Assembly: GCA_022822375.1 (NCBI GenBank)
Contig: JAJEBU010000126.1
Span: 68,659 to 132,658 of the forward strand
Direction of reading: 5' to 3'
DNA: 64,000 nt
Source of the DNA: Dehalococcoidia bacterium
GTDB taxonomy: Bacteria; Chloroflexota; Dehalococcoidia; Bin125
Under the pieces are notes generated by a model. It ran no database searches. It worked only from the letters and a program-made list of their open reading frames with translations, and was not told where the DNA came from. The position numbers were made by a program, and so were the translations under genes. This document shows, piece by piece, positions 54,813 to 63,215 of the stretch (its first letter is position 1; every line of letters starts with the position of its first letter).

Positions 54813-55961
54813 GTGGCGTCCCAGCAATCGAGTGACTATGCGGCGAGCTCGCCGACGGTGGCCAACCCGCATGCGCGACTGATCGACATCGCCGACCACG
54901 ACGATGTCCATGAGTTCATGTTCGACCAGGGCATCACCGACGGTCTGCCGGTGGTGCCGCCGACGCGCGAACGGGTCGACCGCATGCTTGCGGCGTCGCC
55001 CGAGCATTGGAACGATCCCAGCGCAGAGATCGCGAAGCTGCCACCGAACTATGGACCGCTCACGGTGGAGAAGGCTGCCATCAACGCCGTCATGGCGGGC
55101 TGTGCGCCGTCCTTCTTCCCGACCGTGCTGGCGTCGATCGAGGCAGCGGCCGATCCGCGCTTTCCACTTCACGGTTCGATCGCCACGACGGCAGGCCTGG
55201 CCCCGTTGATGCTCGTCAACGGACCCGTCCGCGAGCAGATTGGGATGAACTGGGGCCTCAACGCGCTTGGCCAGGGCAACCGCGCCAACTCGACACTGGG
55301 GCGCGCGTTGCGGCTGATGCTGCGCAACGTCGGCGGCGCGGTGCCCGGCGAGATCGAGCAAGCCATCCAGGGCGGCGGACACAAGTGGACCCTCTCCTAC
55401 GCCGAAGACGAGGACACATCGCCGTGGGACCCCTTCCACGTCGAGCACGGCTGGAATCCTGATGACAGCGTGGTCTCGCTGATGGCCACGACCGGCGGGC
55501 CGCGCGTCTGCATCGATCAGACCAGCCGCACGGCGCGGGCGCTGACCGGATCCATCGCCATGGCATTTCAACAGGTGGTCAAGCCGCGCGGACAGGTCTC
55601 GCCGACAATGTTCGTCGTCTCGCCCGAGCACGCTGACGTCTACCGTGCGGATGGTTGGACCAAAGAGAACATCCGCGAGGCGATCATGGAGTTCACTGCT
55701 CTGCCGCTGCGCGATCGCCTGGCCTCACCAACACTGGGCGGCGGTATCAACGAGTACGCGCCACAGCAGTACGGCCTGACGGAAGAGCAGCTCGACCTCC
55801 CGATGTCTAAAGTGGCGCATCCGTCGTTCATCCAAATCACCGTCGCCGGCAGCCATGCGGGGAAATGGACGAGCATCTACCAGGGCATCTTCGGCGACGG
55901 CGATCCGACGCAGCCGCCGCCCGGCCCGTTCGTCCCGCCCGCTGCCCGTGTGCGCTCCTGA
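54813..55961 (+). CDS. Uncharacterised domain-X protein (382 aa), paralog of the C-terminal domain of 52589..54166
   Basis: Shares FMFDQGITDGLPVVPPTRERVDRML, LTVEKAAINAVMAGCAPSF, GQGNRANSTLGRALRLMLRNVGGAVPG and the C-terminal ...ITVAGSHAGKW block with the upstream fusion protein. GTG start. Confidence 0.78.
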   Translation: MASQQSSDYAASSPTVANPHARLIDIADHDDVHEFMFDQGITDGLPVVPPTRERVDRMLAASPEHWNDPSAEIAKLPPNYGPLTVEKAAINAVMAGCAPSFFPTVLASIEAAADPRFPLHGSIATTAGLAPLMLVNGPVREQIGMNWGLNALGQGNRANSTLGRALRLMLRNVGGAVPGEIEQAIQGGGHKWTLSYAEDEDTSPWDPFHVEHGWNPDDSVVSLMATTGGPRVCIDQTSRTARALTGSIAMAFQQVVKPRGQVSPTMFVVSPEHADVYRADGWTKENIREAIMEFTALPLRDRLASPTLGGGINEYAPQQYGLTEEQLDLPMSKVAHPSFIQITVAGSHAGKWTSIYQGIFGDGDPTQPPPGPFVPPAARVRS

Positions 55962-55977
55962 GCGGCGCGGGACTGGC

Positions 55978-56619
55978 ATGGCCGCAACGTCGCTGGAACC
56001 GGACCGGCTGCAGGGACTGCGAACTCATCTCGCAACGCATCCTCGGGTCACGATTGAGGTCGGCGAACAGATCGTCTCGCTGGCCTCGCGGCACGGATTG
56101 TTCTCAGCTCGATCGTTGGATGACGGCACGGCCATGATGCTGCGCGAGCTGGAGTCGCTACCGGCAGCGGCGCGCGTACTCGATCTGGGCTGCGGATACG
56201 GCGCGCTCGGCATTTCTCTCGCGCTGCGCTGGCCCGACGCCGACGTGATGATGGTCGATGTGGACCTCCGCGCCATCGAGGCGGCTCGGGAGAATGTGGA
56301 CCGACTCGGTCTGCAACACACCGCCGTACTGCCGTCCGACGGCGTGAGCGCCGTTCGAGCACAGGCGCAGTTCGACCTCGTCGTCTCCAATCTGCCCGCG
56401 CAAGCCGGCAACGATGCGCTGGATGAGTTGCTGCTGGGCGGGCACGACGTCTTGGCGGCGGACGGCCTGCTCGTGGTGGTGGCGGTCAACGGCTTGCGGA
56501 CGTATCTGCAACGCCGATTGGCGGACATCTTCGGCAAGCGGCAGACATCGAAAGTGCGGCAAGGTCAGCGGCATACGGTGTTGCAAGCCGTACGGTCGGC
56601 GGCGGGGACATCGCCATGA
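55978..56619 (+). CDS. Class I SAM-dependent methyltransferase (small-domain RsmC/RlmG-like)
   Basis: SAM motif I VLDLGCGYGALGISLA, motif IV DLVVSNLP (N6-adenine/N2-guanine MTase-like NPPY variant). Confidence 0.75.
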   Translation: MAATSLEPDRLQGLRTHLATHPRVTIEVGEQIVSLASRHGLFSARSLDDGTAMMLRELESLPAAARVLDLGCGYGALGISLALRWPDADVMMVDVDLRAIEAARENVDRLGLQHTAVLPSDGVSAVRAQAQFDLVVSNLPAQAGNDALDELLLGGHDVLAADGLLVVVAVNGLRTYLQRRLADIFGKRQTSKVRQGQRHTVLQAVRSAAGTSP

Positions 56620-58007
56620 GTTTGCCGCAAGCGCCGAGCCGTCCGGGAATGACCGAGCCGCTGCGGTTGCGTGAGTTCCGGCTGCTGCTGATCGGATTCA
56701 TCCTCGGTCAATCGATGATGCCGCTGCAGTTCGTCACATCGATTGCCTGGATTCAGCACGTGGCTGACGACGAGGTCGAGATCATCATGGTCGGCGCGAT
56801 CGGCACGATTCGCGGACTGGGAATGATCGGTTTCGGATTGTTCGGCGGCGCGCTGGCCGACCGCTTTGACCGTCGCCGCCTGCTAATGGTGACGCAGACG
56901 CTCGCGTTCGCGTGCAACATTGGCATTGCCGTCGTGATGTGGACGGGCGCCGGCGGCACACTCGAGATTGGCATCTTCTTCCTGCTCACGATCATCGCGT
57001 CGTCGGCGCACGCCATCGACGGGCCCACGCGCCAGGCGATCACGCCCGAGATTCTGGGCCCGCGACTGACCCCGGCCGGGATTGCGCTGAACTCAGCCGC
57101 GATGCAGCTGGCCATGCCCTTCTCCATCTTCGCGTCAGGCCTGCTGATTGACTCGCTCGGACACGGCACGGTGTTCGCCATTTCCTCGTTCGGACACCTG
57201 GGCGAGGTGCTGGTCTTGGCGTTGATGTCATACCGCACCGTGTTCTCGGCCGAGCACATGAAGAGCCTCGCTGAGCGCGGACAGGGTCCGCGTCAGGCGT
57301 TGTCTGACATCGCCGCTGGTCTGCGCTACGCGCGATCCAAGCCGGTCGTGTTGTGGACCGTGTTGATCGTCGTGCTGATGATGTCGCTGATCATGCCGCC
57401 AACGGGCACGCTCGGTCCGCAGTGGGTGACGACCGTGGTGGGAGCGACGTGGTCGGAGTTCAGCTTTATCGCTGTGTTCTGGGGCGGCGGCGCGATGATC
57501 GCCTCGCTGATCCTCGTGCGCTTCTCCTGGATCGAGCGCAAGGGACTGCTGACCGCCGCCGGCGTGATCGTCATGGCGCTGGGCTTTGTCGTGTTCACCA
57601 ATCCGCCGACGACGCTCAACGCGATGGCGGGCAACTTCCTGCTCGGCGTGGGCATGTCGATCGCGATGGTCAGCGCGAACTCGACGCTCGCGCACGAAAC
57701 GCCCAACGAGATGCGCGGGCGGATCATGGGCCTGATCTTCCTCGGCATGGGGATCGCGCAGGCGGTTGGTCTGCCGCTCGGCGCGCTCGCGCAGTGGCTG
57801 ACGATGGAGACGCTGTTCCCACCGTTGTCCTACGCCGTGCTGGCGACGCTGGCGGCGATCATCGTCGTGCGACCGGTGATTCTGCGGGCGCGCGTGCCTC
57901 AGCATCCGTTGGTTGCGACGGCGGCGGCGCCGAGTGCCACCGTGCGGCGCGTCCTTAACGGCGCTGCGAGAAGGATCGTCCGCACCGCCCCCCAGCACGC
58001 GCGATGA
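56616..58007 (+). CDS. MFS transporter
   Basis: 12-TM pattern, MFS motif GALADRFDRRRLL. Overlaps the methyltransferase stop (ATGA). Confidence 0.85.
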   Translation: MSLPQAPSRPGMTEPLRLREFRLLLIGFILGQSMMPLQFVTSIAWIQHVADDEVEIIMVGAIGTIRGLGMIGFGLFGGALADRFDRRRLLMVTQTLAFACNIGIAVVMWTGAGGTLEIGIFFLLTIIASSAHAIDGPTRQAITPEILGPRLTPAGIALNSAAMQLAMPFSIFASGLLIDSLGHGTVFAISSFGHLGEVLVLALMSYRTVFSAEHMKSLAERGQGPRQALSDIAAGLRYARSKPVVLWTVLIVVLMMSLIMPPTGTLGPQWVTTVVGATWSEFSFIAVFWGGGAMIASLILVRFSWIERKGLLTAAGVIVMALGFVVFTNPPTTLNAMAGNFLLGVGMSIAMVSANSTLAHETPNEMRGRIMGLIFLGMGIAQAVGLPLGALAQWLTMETLFPPLSYAVLATLAAIIVVRPVILRARVPQHPLVATAAAPSATVRRVLNGAARRIVRTAPQHAR

Positions 58008-58072
58008 CGCGGATCGCCTGCACGCTGCGTTAGCATCAAACTGACTAACTGAAGCCCAATGGAGAGCCTGCC

Positions 58073-59239
58073 ATGGAGTATCGATTCAGCGACAAAGCGC
58101 GCGCGTTTGAGTCGGAAGTGAACGAATTCCTCGACAGCGAATGGACGCCGGAGTTGCGCGCGACGATCGGCGATCCCACGACCGACACGATGTCCGAAGA
58201 GCGCGGGTTTCGCAGACTGTTGGCGGATCGCGGCTGGTTGACGATGTCATGGCCGGCCGAGTACGGGGGGCAGGAGCGCTCGCTGGAAGAGCAGTACCTG
58301 TTCTGGGAGGCGATGAACTACGCGGGTGCGCCGCAGGCGACCGTGGCGACCCAGCAAGTGGGGCCGACGTTGATGCGCTTCGGCACGGAGGAGCAGCAGG
58401 AACGCTTCCTGCCGCCGATCGCGCGCGGCGAGGTGGAGTTTGCCTTGGGCTACACCGAGCCGGACGCAGGCTCCGACCTGGCGTCGCTGCAGTTGCGAGC
58501 GATCAAGGATGGCGACGACTACATCCTCAACGGCATCAAGCGGTTCACATCCGGCGCTCACCGCAGCGAGTACGTCTGGCTGGCGACACGGACCGATCCG
58601 GACGCGCCGAAGCACCGCGGCGTATCGATGATGCTGGTCGACATGCAGTCGCCCGGCATCACCGTCAAGCCGCTCTGGACGATGGCCGGCTACCGCACGA
58701 ACGAGGTCTACTTCGAGGACGTGCGAGTGCCCACCAACGTGCTCGTCGGCGAAGAGAATCGGGGCTGGTACTACGCCGCGCATGCGCTCGATCGCGAACG
58801 GATCTCGATCTTCACGGTGTCGTCTGTGCGAGCGGTCTACGACCGCTTGTACGATTGGGCATCCTCGGACACGCCGATGGGGCGCCCCATCGACGACGCG
58901 GGCATTCGCGGCACGTTTGCGGACTTCAAGGTCCAGCTGGAGGTGCTGCAGCACCTGTCCTACCGCATCCTGGACATGCTGAAGCGTGACGAATCGCCAA
59001 ACCACGAGGCGAGCCAGGTGAAGATCTTCTCGACCGAGATGATGCAGCGCTTGCAGAACTTCTCGTTGCACGCGATGGGGCTCTATGGGCAGCTGAACAG
59101 CAACGACCAGCGCGCGCCGATCGGTGGTTCCGCCGAGAACGGGTACCTGGCAGCGGTGATGCCCACCTTCGGCGCCGGCGGCAATGAACTGCAACGCAAC
59201 ATTATCGCCCAGCGAGGCTTCGGCTTCCCGCGTGCGTAA
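58073..59239 (+). CDS. Acyl-CoA dehydrogenase family protein
   Basis: ACAD N-terminal/middle/C-terminal domains (YTEPDAGSDLASL, catalytic region IFSTEMMQR...GGNELQRNIIAQ). Confidence 0.85.
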   Translation: MEYRFSDKARAFESEVNEFLDSEWTPELRATIGDPTTDTMSEERGFRRLLADRGWLTMSWPAEYGGQERSLEEQYLFWEAMNYAGAPQATVATQQVGPTLMRFGTEEQQERFLPPIARGEVEFALGYTEPDAGSDLASLQLRAIKDGDDYILNGIKRFTSGAHRSEYVWLATRTDPDAPKHRGVSMMLVDMQSPGITVKPLWTMAGYRTNEVYFEDVRVPTNVLVGEENRGWYYAAHALDRERISIFTVSSVRAVYDRLYDWASSDTPMGRPIDDAGIRGTFADFKVQLEVLQHLSYRILDMLKRDESPNHEASQVKIFSTEMMQRLQNFSLHAMGLYGQLNSNDQRAPIGGSAENGYLAAVMPTFGAGGNELQRNIIAQRGFGFPRA

Positions 59240-59242
59240 CGA

Positions 59243-59920
59243 CTAGCCGTCGGAGCTGCGCGACGCCAACCAGCGGCGCGTGTTCGGCGCGATCTCCGCT
59301 GGCAGCTGGGGCAGCGTCTCTTCCAGCCAGCGCAAGTCGGCCGGGGTGTCGAGGTCGAAGGCCCAGACATCGATCTGCGCCTCGCGGAAGGGCACGCCGG
59401 CTTCTCCCGCGGCCGCGGCGGACTGGGCGTGCGCTCGCGCGGACGATGGTCCGAACTGCGGCGCGATCACCTCAGGCGGGCGCAGCAGCAGCCCGTTCGT
59501 CCCGCCATTGTGTGCCGGTGCGACGACTACCGCCGGTCCGACGGGCGCAGAGGCGACCAGCAGGTCAACGGAGTCGGGCGTGATCAGCGGGACATCGGCG
59601 GGGACAATCAGCAGCGCATCCGCATCGGAGAACTCGGACTGTGCGCAGGCGACAGCTCGGTTGTAGCCAAGTCTGAGCGCGGTTTGGTCGAGGAAGTCGA
59701 CGCCGAGACGGGAGGCCTCAACCGCCGCGGCGACGTCGCGCGAGGCGATCACGACGCGGTCCACCTGCTCGGCTGATGTGAGTGCGTCGACCACGTCGTC
59801 CAGCATGGCGCGGACCAGCGTGTTGCGATCATCTACGTCGAGCAGCGCCGCCAACCGCCGTTTCCCGGCGGGCAAGCCGCGGACCGGCACGACAGCGATC
59901 AACCCACCGTCAGACGGCAT
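59243..59920 (-). CDS. cofC: 2-phospho-L-lactate guanylyltransferase (coenzyme F420 biosynthesis)
   Basis: IAVVPVRGLPAGKRRL...MLDDVVDAL is the CofC/FbiD family signature. Confidence 0.8.
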   Translation of the reverse strand: MPSDGGLIAVVPVRGLPAGKRRLAALLDVDDRNTLVRAMLDDVVDALTSAEQVDRVVIASRDVAAAVEASRLGVDFLDQTALRLGYNRAVACAQSEFSDADALLIVPADVPLITPDSVDLLVASAPVGPAVVVAPAHNGGTNGLLLRPPEVIAPQFGPSSARAHAQSAAAAGEAGVPFREAQIDVWAFDLDTPADLRWLEETLPQLPAEIAPNTRRWLASRSSDG

Positions 59921-60851
59921 GTCCGGCCGCCTCCAGCACTCCGCGCGCCAGCGCCGTCTTGGCGGCCGCGTCGACCATCAGGGTCGGCAGCACGTCGACG
60001 TGCAGGCCGGTCTCCGCTTCGATCTCGCCGGCCAACGCGGCATCTGCCTGATCGAGGACGAACGTGTCGGCGATTTCGGCGTAGAGTCTGGCCACGCCGA
60101 GCGCAGACACGTCGTGCCCGAGCGAGGCCATGATGTCTGCCGCCGGACCCTTCACTGCCTGGCCGCCGATGATTGGGCTGATCGCGACGACGGGGGCGCG
60201 TGCCTTGATCACCGTTTCCCGCATGGTTCTCACGCTCAGGATTGGCTCGATGCTGAGGAATGGGTTGGACGGTGCGATCACGATGACGTCAGCCTCGAGC
60301 AGGGCGAGGATCGCTTTGGGCAACGGCTGCGCGGTCTCGACGCCGTCGAATCGGAGAGATCGCACGGTGTCGGCGGCGCGGCGGCGCACAAAGTAGTCCT
60401 GAAAGGAGAACTCCCCCGCGTCGGTGTTGACCAGCGTGCGCAGGCGGTCGTCGGTCGCGGGCAAGATGGTCAGTGCGAGACCAGCGCGTCTGGCCAGATC
60501 ACGAGTGATGGTGGAGAGCGGATTGCCCTGTTCGAGCCAGTGGGAACGGAACAGGTGCGTGGCCAGATCGAGGTCGCCGATCATGAACCAGTCCGGCCCG
60601 CCGAGATCGGAGAGGCGGTCGAGCGTGCGCCGCGTCTCACCGCGCAGCCCCCAGCCGGTCTCGGGATTGACCATGTCGGCGAGCGTGTAGATGACCGTGT
60701 CGATGTCGGGCGAGATGTGCAGTCCGGCCCACTCCATATCATCGCCGACGTTGACGATGGCCGTGACGTCTCGCGGCGGCAGCACGCGGACGAGACCGTC
60801 CAGGAAGCGAGCCGCTCCGACGCCGCCGGCGAGGACCGCTGCGCGGGTCAT
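59910..60851 (-). CDS. cofD: 2-phospho-L-lactate transferase (coenzyme F420 biosynthesis)
   Basis: AVLAGGVGAARFLDGL...IVNVGDD...SNPFLSIEPIL are CofD/FbiA family motifs. Overlaps the cofC start. Confidence 0.85.
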   Translation of the reverse strand: MTRAAVLAGGVGAARFLDGLVRVLPPRDVTAIVNVGDDMEWAGLHISPDIDTVIYTLADMVNPETGWGLRGETRRTLDRLSDLGGPDWFMIGDLDLATHLFRSHWLEQGNPLSTITRDLARRAGLALTILPATDDRLRTLVNTDAGEFSFQDYFVRRRAADTVRSLRFDGVETAQPLPKAILALLEADVIVIAPSNPFLSIEPILSVRTMRETVIKARAPVVAISPIIGGQAVKGPAADIMASLGHDVSALGVARLYAEIADTFVLDQADAALAGEIEAETGLHVDVLPTLMVDAAAKTALARGVLEAAGHAV

Positions 60852-61207
60852 CCGGCTGTCTCGTTGCTGATGCGCAGCGTCAGTTGGACGCCGCCGTCGT
60901 CAACCTGCAACAGCTCAAGCTCTGCGTGATCGGTGCGCAGGGTCAGTTCCAGCAGGTCACCCGCTCGATCATCCGCAATCGCACTGCCAGAGGGGTCAAA
61001 GGAAATCACGTCGAAGGCCTCTCCGTGCTCGAGATTCAGCTCTGATTCGGCGACGACGCCGTCGCGGTCGACGACCAGCCGCAGGGCGATGCTGATCGAC
61101 TCGACCGGCTGCTCGCCGACGAGTTCGATGTGGCGGCTGCCATCCAGCTGCCGCTCGTCCTCGACGATTTCGGCGTTCAGCGTCAGGTGCGTGGTCTCGT
61201 GTTGCAC
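60848..61207 (-). CDS. small hypothetical protein (~119 aa, possible GTG start), co-directional with cofD-cofC
   Basis: The 3' third of the long Arg-rich ORF 60848..61771 has normal composition (...HIELVGEQPVESISIALRLVVDRDGVVAESELNLEHGEAFDVISF...). Its stop overlaps the cofD start (ATGA). The upstream part of that ORF is antisense to the PHP gene and rejected. Confidence 0.35.
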   Translation of the reverse strand: MQHETTHLTLNAEIVEDERQLDGSRHIELVGEQPVESISIALRLVVDRDGVVAESELNLEHGEAFDVISFDPSGSAIADDRAGDLLELTLRTDHAELELLQVDDGGVQLTLRISNETAG

Positions 61208-61285
61208 GTGAGGATCGTACAACCGCCGGCGCCGACGATGGGTGGGTGGTTGACCGACTGGCGCGCGCGCGTGAACCTTGCTCTG

Positions 61286-61879
61286 ATGCTGATTGACATG
61301 CACACGCACACGTCGGTGCACTCCACCGACAGCAACCTGCTGCCGCTGGACTCGCTGGCGCGAGCGATCTCGCGCGGGCTGGATGGCGTGGTGCTGACGG
61401 AGCATGATGTGGTCTGGCCGCGTCACCTGGCGGAACAGCTGTCGGAGGAAGCGGGCATCGTCGTCATCCCTGGCGTGGAAGTGACGACAGAGTTGGGACA
61501 TGTGCTGGTCTATGGGATCCAGTCGCTGGTGCCGCGCATCACGGACGCGAAGCGCTTGCGTACGTTCTGCGACGACCAGGAAGCGCTGATGTTTCTGGCG
61601 CACCCGGCGCGCGATCCCGGCCTGCGCGTGCCAAAGGAGTCGATGCAGTTGTTTGACGGCGTCGAAGGCCTGAACGGATGCGATGGTCCGTTGCAGAACA
61701 TGAGCGCACGGTCGCGCGGTCGGACGCGTCCGTTGCCGCCGATCGGCGGCAGCGACTCTCACGCGTTGCACGAGGTCGGCACCGCGGCGACTGAGTTTGA
61801 CGCCGACATCCGCAACTTGGCCGACCTGATGGCAGCGCTACGGAGCGGCGACTACCGGCTCATGGAGATCGATCCCTGA
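61286..61879 (+). CDS. PHP-domain metal-dependent phosphoesterase (paralog of 16190..16891)
   Basis: MLIDMHTHTSVHS...VVLTEHD...GVEVTTELGHVLVYG...GGSDSHA are PHP motifs colinear with the other copy. Confidence 0.8.
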   Translation: MLIDMHTHTSVHSTDSNLLPLDSLARAISRGLDGVVLTEHDVVWPRHLAEQLSEEAGIVVIPGVEVTTELGHVLVYGIQSLVPRITDAKRLRTFCDDQEALMFLAHPARDPGLRVPKESMQLFDGVEGLNGCDGPLQNMSARSRGRTRPLPPIGGSDSHALHEVGTAATEFDADIRNLADLMAALRSGDYRLMEIDP

Positions 61880-61928
61880 GCGGCGAGTCTGCGATTACGC
61901 TCATCACAGGAGAGCCGAGGCACTGCGC

Positions 61929-62633
61929 GTGGGCCGATTCGAGCCATTGCCAACCGACCCGTATGAACAACCGCCGGGCGCGCGGCGCTTTGGGGCGATC
62001 TGCGCGGCCTGCCGCGGTGACACGCAGCTGGGCACTCGCTTCTGCACCAACTGCGGCGGCCTGCGCGACGACGCCGAGCGCGGACACACCGTCCGCTATG
62101 CGGCCTCAAAGTGGATGCGTCTGTTTGCCCGCCTGGCTGATTTGCTGCTGGTCGCCGGGATGGCCATCGTGGTCTACTTCCTGCTCGACGCGGCAGGCGC
62201 GATTGAGATCGACCTGGCGGACTCGAGCAATCTGGAGCTGAGCGATCTCAACGTCAGCTCGTTGATCGCGACGGGCATCTGGTTTCTCTGGTTCGCTGTA
62301 GTCGCGCCGCGCGGTCAGACGCCGGGTAAACAGCTGCTGCGTATGCGGATCATCATGGCCGACGGCTCTGACGCGCCGACATCGCTGAACTGGATGCGCG
62401 AAGGGCTGTTTCAGTTCTTCGCGGTGGTCCCATCGCTGGTCGCGGAGCCCATTATGTCTCCTGCTGAGTGGCTGACCGCCATTGTCAGCCTGGCCCCGTT
62501 TGTGATGCTGATGGATGCCGCGTTCATCTTCGCCGGCTCGGACAAGCAGACGGTGCATGACCGAATCTTCCGCACATTGGTCGTGCGCATTCAGCGTGTG
62601 CCCCAGCACAGCGCCGAGCTGCGCGCCCTATGA
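61929..62633 (+). CDS. Zinc-ribbon + RDD-family membrane protein, tandem paralog 1
   Basis: N-terminal CAACRGD...CTNCGG zinc ribbon, then RDD domain (RLFARLADLLLVAG...APRGQTPGKQLLRMRI...). GTG start. Confidence 0.75.
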   Translation: MGRFEPLPTDPYEQPPGARRFGAICAACRGDTQLGTRFCTNCGGLRDDAERGHTVRYAASKWMRLFARLADLLLVAGMAIVVYFLLDAAGAIEIDLADSSNLELSDLNVSSLIATGIWFLWFAVVAPRGQTPGKQLLRMRIIMADGSDAPTSLNWMREGLFQFFAVVPSLVAEPIMSPAEWLTAIVSLAPFVMLMDAAFIFAGSDKQTVHDRIFRTLVVRIQRVPQHSAELRAL

Positions 62634-63178
62634 CCGCGTCGGACGGCCGTCCCCGCATCTATGTGCTCGAGTGCCGGGTCTGCGCACAGCCATCGGGCGC
62701 CGGACGCTACTTCTGCGCCAGCTGCGGGATTCTCAACGCGGCAGAGTCCAACGCGGCCTATGCGGCGTCGCCGCGAGCTCGGCTGGCGGCGTTTCTGCTG
62801 GACTATCTGATCATCTGGCTGACGGCGGGAGTGGGTTGGCTGCTCTGGCTCGCGATCGTGGCGCGGCGCGGCCAGTCGCCTGGCAAAGCACTGCTCGGTC
62901 TGCGGGTCTGCGACCGAACGGGGCGTGCGGCATCTGCCCGCCTCGTCTGGCTCCGAGAGTTTGGCTGGGACGCGGCGGTCGGAACGGTGCTGTTCGTCGT
63001 CTTGCTGCTGCTGGGCGCCGTCGCTCGCTCGGTCGGTGACTTGCTCGAGTTGTGGTTCTGGCTGACGGTGCTGTTCTGGCTGGTTTCGTTCGGCGACGCG
63101 GCGCGCCTGCTGCGCGACGCCGATCGCCAATCCTGGCATGATCGGGCGCTGGGCACCCTCGTGGTCGGCGGGCGGTGA
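62630..63178 (+). CDS. Zinc-ribbon + RDD-family membrane protein, tandem paralog 2
   Basis: CRVCAQ...CASCG zinc ribbon; RDD domain (RLAAFLLDYLIIWL...ARRGQSPGKALLGLRV...). Overlaps paralog 1's stop (ATGA). Confidence 0.75.
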   Translation: MTASDGRPRIYVLECRVCAQPSGAGRYFCASCGILNAAESNAAYAASPRARLAAFLLDYLIIWLTAGVGWLLWLAIVARRGQSPGKALLGLRVCDRTGRAASARLVWLREFGWDAAVGTVLFVVLLLLGAVARSVGDLLELWFWLTVLFWLVSFGDAARLLRDADRQSWHDRALGTLVVGGR

Positions 63179-63215
63179 TCGGGCCGAGCGACTAGCCTCG
63201 CCACGGAGGTGTCGG

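Noticed and set aside
59778-60929. 383-aa + strand ORF
   Set aside because: Antisense to cofD.
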